64,000 nt of DNA. It comes from a virus. Taxonomy: Duplodnaviria; Caudoviricetes. Position 1 is the stretch's first letter. Each line of letters opens with the position of its first letter. A program made the translations under genes and the position numbers. The DNA is taken from IMG/VR virus record IMGVR_UViG_3300031760_000034, positions 10,980 to 74,979 of that record. One strand, written 5' to 3'. The notes under the pieces are model-generated. The model had not been told where the DNA came from, ran no database searches, and saw nothing but the letters and a program-made list of their open reading frames with translations. This document shows positions 1 through 8,026 of this stretch, in pieces.

Positions 1-438
1 TCCAATTATTTGAGCCCGTATGTTGAAGCGGGTATTTTGCAAGACGTGGACCAAACAAAGCCTAGTAATGTGTACGCTCAGCTGAGTATCGCATACAATC
101 AAGGCTCAGTTGGTGTTCAAAACACTACAAGACTGTTTGTTCCGCACTACGATGAACAGGATTTAGATGAATTTGATGAGAAGCTTTTGTATACTATCTG
201 GTCAAATGAGCATCTACAAGGATTGATAAAATGGTTTAATTCTAAGATTATTCCAGAATTTACTGAAATTTCTTATCAGACTATAAATGTCAGAGTAAGG
301 ATATTTATCAGTAAATTAAACAAACTTGTAAATGACGGACTAGTGGATAAAGAGACTGCAATTCGATTACATTTGAATCTTGTTGACACAATTAAGGAAG
401 AGCATGTAGCCCTCATAAATGAGGACTTGCCCTTCTAG
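1..438 (+). CDS. Hypothetical protein, 5'-truncated by the window edge, ending in an acidic DLPF tail
   Basis: Frame is open from base 1. Ends NEDLPF then TAG (436-438), the only + strand gene here that stops at TAG. Confidence 0.75.
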   Translation, partial: SNYLSPYVEAGILQDVDQTKPSNVYAQLSIAYNQGSVGVQNTTRLFVPHYDEQDLDEFDEKLLYTIWSNEHLQGLIKWFNSKIIPEFTEISYQTINVRVRIFISKLNKLVNDGLVDKETAIRLHLNLVDTIKEEHVALINEDLPF

Positions 439-566
439 GGCTGTCCCACCCATCCCAGGTATTTATACGCTGCATATGGGTACATAAAAGAGGTGGTCTT
501 TGATGACAACAGCCCACTAAGCGTTTTCGGTTTACGCCAACAGGAGTGACACCTTAATAAAACCGA
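438..566 (+). promoter_or_regulatory. Structured leader upstream of the sigma-factor gene (nested stems plus a pseudoknot)
   Basis: GGGCTGT(438-444)/ACAGCCC(509-515), CCACC(446-450)/GGTGG(492-496), CCCA/TGGG. GCGT(521-524)/ACGC(534-537) hairpin whose loop TCGGTTT(527-533) pairs with AAACCGA(560-566). Folded by eye. Confidence 0.45.
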
Positions 567-573
567 CTAAATT

Positions 574-1137
574 GTGTTTGATATGAAAGCTAATACTCCA
601 CGCATAACTGAAGAGGAGATAGCTCTTATCAAAAGTGCTCAAGCAGGTAATATATCTGCTTATAATAAACTTTACCATCTATATAGTGGATTTACTACAA
701 ATCTATTGTATCAGTTCATCAAAGATTATGATGAGGCTAGAGATATAAATAATCTAGTATGGCTAAAAGTTTATAATAAACTCTCGAAGTTCACAGACTA
801 TTCGTCATTCGGCGGATGGCTGAGAATATTAACTAATCGCACAGCTATTGATTATCTACGTAAGCTAAAACCTTCAATTTATATTCCTGATGACTTGAGT
901 TGTAATCAAGATCAGAATATGACTAGTGAGGAATCACAGACTGATTTAACTTCTTATAATCAAGTATTGGAGGTTATTAGACAATTCCCAGAAGACATTC
1001 GTAGGATCTTTGAATTGCATTATATAGAGCATCTTAGCGTAAGTGAGATTAGTGAAGTTACCAAGATTCCTACCGGTACGATTAAATCGCATCTTAGTAG
1101 GAAGCGTAAATTAATTAAAAAACTCTTAAAATTATGA
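574..1137 (+). CDS. ECF-type (sigma-70 family, regions 2 and 4) RNA polymerase sigma factor
   Basis: Region-2-like 'AYNKLYHLY...DEARDI...VWLKVY...SFGGWLRILTNRTAIDYLRK' and region-4 HTH 'RIFELHYIEHLSVSEISEVTKIPTGTIKSHLSR'. Start is GTG 574 or ATG 583. Confidence 0.9.
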   Translation: MFDMKANTPRITEEEIALIKSAQAGNISAYNKLYHLYSGFTTNLLYQFIKDYDEARDINNLVWLKVYNKLSKFTDYSSFGGWLRILTNRTAIDYLRKLKPSIYIPDDLSCNQDQNMTSEESQTDLTSYNQVLEVIRQFPEDIRRIFELHYIEHLSVSEISEVTKIPTGTIKSHLSRKRKLIKKLLKL

Positions 1138-1520
1138 TGACTTTATTAGCTTTTGTCTCCGTTATTGCTGCCATCACTGCAATTGCTCGTTACAATGAAA
1201 GTGAGAAGCTATTCTGGAGCCTGCTCGTATCTTTTGTAGGTGCGTATGCAGCAGTCAACGTAGCAGTTAATCTGCTCAACGATGACAAGAAGAGTGATAA
1301 GGTTGTTATGATTGAAAAGTCCCCCATGCAGGTGCAGGAGAGTGTACCACTCCTTACTGGAGTTTTGGCAGATATATCTCTTTCTGCAACCATGCGGGAG
1401 AAATCCCCAAAGCCTGCAGGTAAGGATATGCTTTTCAATCAGGACAATATTATCACAAGTGAAGTCCATCGCAAGGCGCGTGGACAACCACAATGGTATA
1501 TGTACTTTAGTGATAGTTGA
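1134..1520 (+). CDS. Hypothetical membrane protein
   Basis: 128 aa with two N-terminal hydrophobic segments; ATGA overlap with the sigma gene. Confidence 0.75.
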   Translation: MMTLLAFVSVIAAITAIARYNESEKLFWSLLVSFVGAYAAVNVAVNLLNDDKKSDKVVMIEKSPMQVQESVPLLTGVLADISLSATMREKSPKPAGKDMLFNQDNIITSEVHRKARGQPQWYMYFSDS

Positions 1521-1616
1521 CTAATGTCAAATCACCCAAAGACTATACCCAAAAAGATTGACTTAGAACGAGCCTAGTCAGCTCATAGTAATTAACAATT
1601 TAGACATTTATCAAAA

Positions 1617-3008
1617 ATGGCAAAAGATAAGAAAAAGAATCCTACGGTTGAAGCTCCTGTAGTGGAGAAGCCGGAGGAAAAAGCTCCTGAGACGAAAGTT
1701 GAGGAGACTAAGGTTATTAACGTAGCCACAAATAAGAAGGGCCTGTCGCAGAGCGATAAAGTTACTTACCTGAAAGAGCTCCGTCATCGTAGCGATGAGC
1801 TCAAGCAGGAAGATAATCCTCCTATGGAGATGATTAAGGGTTATGATATGATTCGTGACGCTGTCATCATAGACATTGCTGTAGGAGAGATTGCGTGCGG
1901 TGAGAGTGCAACTGGTCATATCCTGATTGCTAATGAGAATAACTATAAAGCTTTGCAGCTTGCAGCTATAACTCGTGGCGTCAAGATTCCCGAGTTTAAG
2001 GCTCTTCCTCGTCCTACAAAGTCTCAGCTTGAGGCTGTAGGTATCGCTGAAATTGGCGAGATTCGTGCACTGCCTATGAAGGACATTAAGCCTTCTAAGG
2101 AAGCTGTCGAGAAGAAGAAGGAAGAGAACAAGCTCAATGCCGAGGCAGAATCTGGTAAGAAAGAGTATCTGAACGATCACACTAAAATTGAGACTGACGA
2201 TCAGCTGAAGGAGGCCCTTGGGTTTCAACTCGCTAACAATAAAATCGCTAGTCCGCTTGATCGTATTATCACAGCAGCTCAGTTCTACCGTGCCTATCGT
2301 GAGGCTCTCGCCGAAAAGTCAGACAATCCGCAGGTTGAACTTGCTAAGATCCATGAGCTCACTCTCTCTGATCTCCTTCAGGAGATTAGCACTATGGTGC
2401 CCCCCAGCTTCACCGCTGAAGGATTCGGCCGCCTATTATGTAAGCGCATTGCCGATACTAAGAGCGTGGTACCAGCCTTTGAGATGCTCAAGCGTTGTGG
2501 CAAGAAGCGTAACGACAAGGAGTTCAAGTTCTCTGATGAGGAGATTGCAGCTCTGGTTCGCGTTCTCGTGGTTTGGAAGGCTTCTGCTGAAATAGCTAAT
2601 CATGGTGCAACAATCAAGCGTCTGTCTAAGGATGCTAAGAAGAATGCTGACGCCATAGATAAGGCTAACAACGATATCAAGGCAGAGCAAGAGTTGATGA
2701 ACTATGTTACCAATCCTTCTTATGATCTCGCGGATAATTTCATTGCTGCTTATAACAATAAGGAGAATGAGATGCACAACTCTGCAACTGAGATCTATAA
2801 GAGTATTGTTGAGACCTATTATAAGGACGTTAACGTTCCTGAGCTCGAATTCGAGACTATGTTGTTGAACGTTCAGCAGCATGTAGGTATCGACCTGAAT
2901 CTCTTCAATGAGGAGATGCTGAAACGTAGTGAGTATGACTCTAAGAATCTCATTGAGATTACTTCTGAGACTGACGAAGAACCTGAAGGTGAGTCAAAAA
3001 ACGCATAA
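1617..3008 (+). CDS. Hypothetical protein (463 aa, K/E-rich, high-expression codon bias)
   Basis: Long ORF, A-rich Bacteroidota-type initiation region, many C-ending codons. No motif recognised. Confidence 0.85.
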   Translation: MAKDKKKNPTVEAPVVEKPEEKAPETKVEETKVINVATNKKGLSQSDKVTYLKELRHRSDELKQEDNPPMEMIKGYDMIRDAVIIDIAVGEIACGESATGHILIANENNYKALQLAAITRGVKIPEFKALPRPTKSQLEAVGIAEIGEIRALPMKDIKPSKEAVEKKKEENKLNAEAESGKKEYLNDHTKIETDDQLKEALGFQLANNKIASPLDRIITAAQFYRAYREALAEKSDNPQVELAKIHELTLSDLLQEISTMVPPSFTAEGFGRLLCKRIADTKSVVPAFEMLKRCGKKRNDKEFKFSDEEIAALVRVLVVWKASAEIANHGATIKRLSKDAKKNADAIDKANNDIKAEQELMNYVTNPSYDLADNFIAAYNNKENEMHNSATEIYKSIVETYYKDVNVPELEFETMLLNVQQHVGIDLNLFNEEMLKRSEYDSKNLIEITSETDEEPEGESKNA

Positions 3009-3086
3009 CGGCTGCTAAGGAAACTGTTAGAAACTTAGTACGCCGAGTTTGCGGATATATTTTCGCATAATCTAACAATCAATGTT

Positions 3087-3587
3087 ATGAAGCGTTTTAC
3101 TACCTTTATGTGCTGTATTGCATTAATGATCGCAGGTGCTGGTCTTGCTATCAGTAATCTAAAGTCATTGCCACAAAATACAATTGCAGCGGCTACGCCC
3201 TATTACAGACCAACTTTGCCTGTAGTAGGTAATATATTACCTCCCGCATACCGGTGTGAACTGGGCGAGAAGGACTCTCATGCACGAGCAACTTCCTCCA
3301 AAGACTCTGTCAACATTATAGACAGTGTACGTTGGGTTACAAAGACAAAATGGAAGACTCGTTATCGTGATGTTGATCGTATCGCAACTCACGATACAGG
3401 AACTGACACAACGGCTACCACTCCAGATAGTTTGTTGCTAAGTCCTGAGTGTACTGATATGTTGGGTCGTGAGGAGTATCCCAAGGATGGTGTTGAGTCT
3501 TCTAAAGGCTCATCTATACAATTAACTGTCGACGGTGAAGTTGTATATTCCAAAAACGACAATCACTCCGCGGAGGGATGCCAGTGA
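3087..3587 (+). CDS. Hypothetical membrane-anchored or secreted protein
   Basis: N-terminal MKR followed by a hydrophobic helix. Its TGA lies inside the first hairpin of the structured island. Confidence 0.7.
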   Translation: MKRFTTFMCCIALMIAGAGLAISNLKSLPQNTIAAATPYYRPTLPVVGNILPPAYRCELGEKDSHARATSSKDSVNIIDSVRWVTKTKWKTRYRDVDRIATHDTGTDTTATTPDSLLLSPECTDMLGREEYPKDGVESSKGSSIQLTVDGEVVYSKNDNHSAEGCQ

Positions 3588-4690
3588 GGAATCACTGGCT
3601 TCCCAGCCTTGTGGCAATCCGGTCAGCGCATGTAAACAGTCTCATTAGCTGGCGCGAAATAGTACAACTTGATCCGAGAATATGTTAGCCTGCTCAACAG
3701 GTGAGAAACCCAAAAGGTAGGATGAAATGCTATGATGTTGTACGTACTATACAACTGAAAAGTTCATAGTAAGTGGGGAGAGCGTATGTATCAGACCCCA
3801 ACACATATATAAACCAGACAGGTTCTTTATGCCTGATCCAGACTTATGAAGTGTGGGATATATGTAAGGAAGACGCACAGAGTAAACCGAAAAAGAAATG
3901 CTACTGCTTGTTCATGCAATTCTTAAGTAGCTCTAAACTGAACCGTATCGATAAATCTACTATAAGCGATACATAATAGTAGAATCACGTTACACGAGTT
4001 GAACATACAGACAAGATGCCAAACCCTGTATGATGTATCGATTCACTATAGCTGTAGTCCAGTGTCACAGGTCTCCAAAACCTGCATTGAGGGACGAGTC
4101 TGAGTATATTAGCCTAGCAGAAGGCTTGACTGTCTGCGCTGTACCGTAACTACGGTCCTTGAAGAAATCCTTTCAGTTTCGATTACTGAATGACCACCTT
4201 TGAGGCTACGGTCCCACTGGGTCACTAGGGATGGGGTGCTGAGGAAAATATGATGAAGACAACCGATGAGCTTTTGGTCGTTTATTCGGTATATAAAAGA
4301 GAAAATGACCGCTAGGTAGATGGCGCTACCTATGGCGAAGTAGGGCATAGATGCTTGAAGGCCACGCGAGTGAAGTCCGCGAGTAAGACTATTCTAAAGT
4401 TACAAAAGACTATGGTAAGCGATAGTTAAGTAGTATAGATTGGAGATGTACCAGAGGAAATGCTGGAGTCGAAGGATGACAACCTGACAGTCAAATCCAA
4501 ATTCTTTCTTATAGTGAGATGGGTCGATTCGAAGCCTGTACAGCCAGTACAGAGAGAGATCGCTCACATTTTAATAAGGATAGTATATGCAATAAAATAG
4601 CACTGTTATACTATATCAGCGAGAGTAGTAAACTCGTGTGCGGTATAACTTGACTATGCACGGAAAATATACGAAAGTAGTTGAAATGTA
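3575..4690 (+). ncRNA. Candidate large structured non-coding RNA, module A
   Basis: No credible ORF in either code. Dense stems, e.g. GCCAGTGA-GGAA-TCACTGGC (3580-3599), pseudoknot 3945-3983, ACCGT/ACGGT (4143-4156), TTCAGT-TTCGATT-ACTGAA (4172-4190), TAGGTAG/CTACCTA (4313-4332), CTGTAC/GTACAG (4536-4552) inside GTGAG/CTCAC (4514-4567). GNRA and T-loop motifs read on the + strand. Confidence 0.6.
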
Positions 4691-4696
4691 ATTAAT

Positions 4697-4819
4697 ATGT
4701 TTAACAAAAAATTAGTGTCCCTCTATGAAATCTATTACGTTATGTTCAACGCCTTAGAAAAGTGTCCTTCTGTTGTATTGAAGAAACATGACCATTTTAG
4801 ACGTATGATAGAGAACTGA
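4697..4819 (+). CDS. Possible 40-aa small ORF (MFNKKLVSLYEIYYVMFNALEKCPSVVLKKHDHFRRMIEN)
   Basis: ATG-to-TGA ORF in the only AT-rich, weakly structured patch of the island. Below the ORF-track cutoff. Confidence 0.3.
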   Translation: MFNKKLVSLYEIYYVMFNALEKCPSVVLKKHDHFRRMIEN

Positions 4820-5365
4820 GTGCCAACCGTTCCTGAGAAGCAAATTTAGGACAAGATAGAAGGCCAGAAGCTTAGATCAGCAAGTCTAAGTGGTGCGTCC
4901 TGTCTATGAAGTCGATATACACGACAAACGGAGAAATCCAGATATAAGGCAGCATACTGTAAAGCGAAACCACTCCCTTGTCTCGGGTTGGGTAAAGCGA
5001 CCCACATGAACCCTATGTAGTGTAGGTAGTACTGTGGGAAACCGGCGAAGCAGCGCTTTATGTGGGTGACAAATCTAGGTGTATGAGGTGAAATTCCTCC
5101 AGTATTCGCGCACTATAAACAGAAGACAGCAGCAAAGCTGAATGTACAACAAAAAGCCGTTGGTCCACGATAGAGTTTTGGAGCTCTTAGACCGATTCGA
5201 TAATAAACAGGTTAGATTTAGCCTGAGAGGCCATAAGCTGATAAATTAAACGGCCAGATAATATTGATTGTTCTGACTGGCAAAACAAATAGAACTGGGG
5301 CAGCTGTGCCTAACTTGGTATCGCAAGACCGAGATACAACAGCAACGTAGTTGTCTTTTTATTTG
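4820..5365 (+). ncRNA. Candidate large structured non-coding RNA, module B
   Basis: CTTAGA/TCTAAG (4871-4890), GGGTTG/CGACCC (4985-5003), ACCCACAT/ATGTGGGT (5000-5067), GAGG-TGAAATT-CCTC (5085-5099), GCCGTT/AACGGC (5156-5254) enclosing further hairpins, GCAA-capped stem at about 5315-5332. Ends in a hairpin plus T-run (about 5335-5360). Confidence 0.6.
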
Positions 5366-5508
5366 GAAAATACGGAGATATACTACACTTTATTGATTTA
5401 TATTTCTTGGATCCATGAGCACTAGGCCGTGACCGTCGCAAGACGTAGCTACTCTGCCAACGAGCCCAAGTTATATTGTACAAAACTCAATATTGTGTTT
5501 CGTGTTTG

Positions 5509-5544
5509 GTGCTTGATTGCACAATGTGGCAATTAGCGCTTTTT
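5509..5544 (+). terminator. Putative intrinsic terminator closing the structured island
   Basis: GTGCT(T)GATTGC...GCAATTAGCGC stem of about 11 bp followed by TTTTT. Confidence 0.5.
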
Positions 5545-5856
5545 GAACCTTTATTATAAATGGGTATATATGTCCTACCGTTGGACTCCCGTTGTATTGA
5601 TTGAGCTTCACAACAGTTTACTCGGAGAGGAATATAAAGATACAACTATATAATGAAGAAAACGCGCTTCCCATAAGCATAGCACAACCAGAAAAGAAAC
5701 AAGATAGAAACACTATAAAACTTCCGATAATGCGGCACCTTTTCAAACAGGGATGCTAGCGTATCAAACTTTTTATGGCAACGTCCGAGCCGAGAGGACA
5801 TATGTGTAACCTTATGTCGTTGGTCAATCACTGACGATATCAAAAAGGACATAAGA

Positions 5857-6486
5857 ATGGCAGAAATTAATGTAAACAGTGCCGTAGATATGGGCACCGT
5901 GGCTCAGCATATGAGTCAAATTTCAAAACTTGGCGGCCTTTTGGGCGCTAAGTATTTTATGCTGGAAGGCAAAGACACGTGGACAGACTTTGATAAGAAG
6001 CAGCGTGAGCTCCAGCTCAACCCCAAATCACCGGAACTTATTCTCAATAAGTCTCCGCGTAAGTATGAGATTCGTGATTTTGATGTAATCGCACAGTCCA
6101 TTAAGACTAATCCCCTTACTGGCGTTACGTCTGTCGTATTTAACCCTGGTACCTCAACAGAGGCTGAAGCTTCGATTGTAGCTGGCAATGCTTTCGCTCC
6201 TATATCTGACGATGCTCTCGCAGCAGCGCTCACTCCTGGTGCAGCTAAGCATATCTTCGCTAACGGTCGTTCGCTGTTGAACAAGGTCAACATTGCTAAC
6301 CAGCAGAATGTTGATATGATCACAGCCCTGATCAAGATCTTGCAGGCTCAGAAGGATTCTATCATCTCTACGATGAAGGCCAATGAGAAGAAGGTCAATG
6401 ACTATGAGGAGAACTTGCTGAAGAGCAAGAAGGAGCTCGAGAATGCCGATAACGGCTCAGTTGAGGTTATTATAGGTCAGTCTTAA
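5857..6486 (+). CDS. Hypothetical protein with C-terminal coiled coil
   Basis: 209 aa, high-expression codon bias, TAA stop 2 nt before the next ATG. Confidence 0.85.
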   Translation: MAEINVNSAVDMGTVAQHMSQISKLGGLLGAKYFMLEGKDTWTDFDKKQRELQLNPKSPELILNKSPRKYEIRDFDVIAQSIKTNPLTGVTSVVFNPGTSTEAEASIVAGNAFAPISDDALAAALTPGAAKHIFANGRSLLNKVNIANQQNVDMITALIKILQAQKDSIISTMKANEKKVNDYEENLLKSKKELENADNGSVEVIIGQS

Positions 6487-6488
6487 TC

Positions 6489-7103
6489 ATGGCACAGTTT
6501 GACGATAAGCAAAAAGAGCGTATCGTCCACTTGATTGAGACCTTGCTTGTAGAACCAAAAATACGAGAGAGTGTAACACGCGACTTTGTTCCTCATAAGA
6601 AGGAATATAAGCACGTTCTCATAGTAATAGAACGTTCCAAGATATACTTCGCAAAATACAGTTGGGGAGGTTTTGGAACATTCATGAATAATCTAATCAA
6701 GTGCTATGAGGAAGTTAGTTTCTCTGACTTCTTCATTAAGACGTGGGACGCACTTGTTGACATGACAGTCGGAATGCCTGCGCACAAGGCTGTTCTTGAG
6801 GGGCTTTCGCGGGAGACCTTACTCAAGGGCATCCACAATAAGGAATATGACTGGATTGTAGATCGATTTTTCGACGTATGTCGACACTTAACGAACGATG
6901 GATATTGGAAGACCATAGGGACGAAAACTAATCTTGATGATCAAGAGAAGGATTCCCACCATGTTAAAGGTTGTCCTTTCTCCAACGGCGTAGAAATACA
7001 GGTAGGCACCCCAAAGGCGCCTCCTACAATTTGGCGAGTCGTAGACTCACTTGGACAAACATTCGAAGTGCTTAGTGCTCGATGGGTTGGTGGCGTAGAA
7101 TAA
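6489..7103 (+). CDS. Hypothetical protein
   Basis: 204-aa ORF coupled to the previous gene. Confidence 0.8.
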   Translation: MAQFDDKQKERIVHLIETLLVEPKIRESVTRDFVPHKKEYKHVLIVIERSKIYFAKYSWGGFGTFMNNLIKCYEEVSFSDFFIKTWDALVDMTVGMPAHKAVLEGLSRETLLKGIHNKEYDWIVDRFFDVCRHLTNDGYWKTIGTKTNLDDQEKDSHHVKGCPFSNGVEIQVGTPKAPPTIWRVVDSLGQTFEVLSARWVGGVE

Positions 7104-7191
7104 TTAGTGGCTCTGCGGGGTACACATTATGGTTATTCTTACATTAACTATCATGTACTAAATATTAGAATGTAGTTCAACGAACTATATT

Positions 7192-7251
7192 GATGTGAGA
7201 ATATGTATACAACTTCTGAGGGAGATTGATTAATATACATATTTTCACATC
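7192..7251. other. Long intergenic hairpin (18-bp outer stem)
   Basis: GATGTGAGAATATGTATA (7192-7209) pairs fully with TATACATATTTTCACATC (7234-7251), with one G-U; an inner CAA-CTTC/GGAG-ATTG stem extends it. Confidence 0.65.
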
Positions 7252-7351
7252 ATCTTTAGGTTTGTGGGGGTTTGTTCCGCCACAGATTACAAGGTAAATG
7301 ATGCTCGAATTCAACTAATTAACATGTTTAACAAATTAAATCAATTTGCCT

Positions 7352-7897
7352 ATGACAAAATCAATTAAGTTGAATGCAGCTAACACTCTTAGTATCAAGA
7401 AGAAGATTGACAATGATATTACTAAATTTAGTCATATCATCCGTGATGAGAATGTGATGTCAAAGAAGGCTAAGGCAGCAGGTCAGGGTTCTGGTCTCGA
7501 CCTTAAGTCTCTGTATAATACTATTCAGCAGCTTCGTGCTAAACGAATTATGTTGAAGGGTATGATTCAGTATCTCAATATGGGTACTACAACATTCAAT
7601 TACGAGGATTTTAAGAAAACCAATTATTTTGCTATTTTCTCTGCCTGTGAGGCTAAGGAGGACATCACTCTGTTGAAGATGATTAAGACTCTGAACCCGC
7701 AGCTTAAGGCTCAGAAGGGTAAGAAGAACATCGGTTCTACTGAGACTTTCTCTAAGGAGAAGATTGCACAGCTGATACATGATCAGCAGCTTGAGGCTAA
7801 TAAGTTTGATGCTATGTTGGAGAAGTTTAATACTTCTGCTACTATCGAGATTTCAGAGGAGAATTCTGATGATTTCAAGGAGTATCTTACTACATAA
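7352..7897 (+). CDS. Hypothetical helical/coiled-coil protein
   Basis: ATG 7352 follows the AT-rich TTTAACAAATTAAATC leader (the track starts at TTG 7346). Pattern loosely resembles DIP1984-like helical proteins (from memory, unverified). Confidence 0.8.
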   Translation: MTKSIKLNAANTLSIKKKIDNDITKFSHIIRDENVMSKKAKAAGQGSGLDLKSLYNTIQQLRAKRIMLKGMIQYLNMGTTTFNYEDFKKTNYFAIFSACEAKEDITLLKMIKTLNPQLKAQKGKKNIGSTETFSKEKIAQLIHDQQLEANKFDAMLEKFNTSATIEISEENSDDFKEYLTT

Positions 7898-7903
7898 TAT
7901 AAT

Positions 7904-7975
7904 TGGTTAGATTAGATGAACGACGTGTAAAGAAACGTTAGGCAATATGAGGTTCGAATCCTCAACTAATCGCAA
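7904..7975 (+). ncRNA. tRNA-like element 1 (acceptor plus T-arm, no D-arm)
   Basis: TGAGG-TTCGAAT-CCTCA T-arm (7948-7964). GGTTAG(7905-7910)/CTAATC(7966-7971) acceptor-like helix. Single central hairpin GACGT-GTAAAGAA-ACGTT. No canonical anticodon arm, no encoded CCA. Confidence 0.5.
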
Positions 7976-8026
7976 GTTTATCCCGCAAAGTAAACTTTAG
8001 TATTAACAATTTAAATCATTATCAAA

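Noticed and set aside
3931-3937. CT-CTA-AA, resembling a suppressor-tRNA anticodon loop
   Set aside because: Only 3 bp of flanking stem and no D-arm, T-arm or acceptor stem around it.
4239-4245. CTGAGGA hammerhead core / RNase P-like GAGGAAA
   Set aside because: No properly placed stem II plus GAAA and cleavage triplet, and no GAGGAAAGTCC P4 pairing partner.
5601-5835. Possible small gene upstream of the 5857 gene, with TAG read-through
   Set aside because: TTG start, no convincing leader, no motif, and it would be the only early gene with an internal TAG.
3588-5856. Group I or group II intron explaining the non-coding island
   Set aside because: GACTA and TAGTC strings occur in the wrong order for P7, I found no domain V hairpin downstream of the GTGCG strings, and the flanking ORFs each have their own start and stop. 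A covariance-model search would be needed to exclude this fully.
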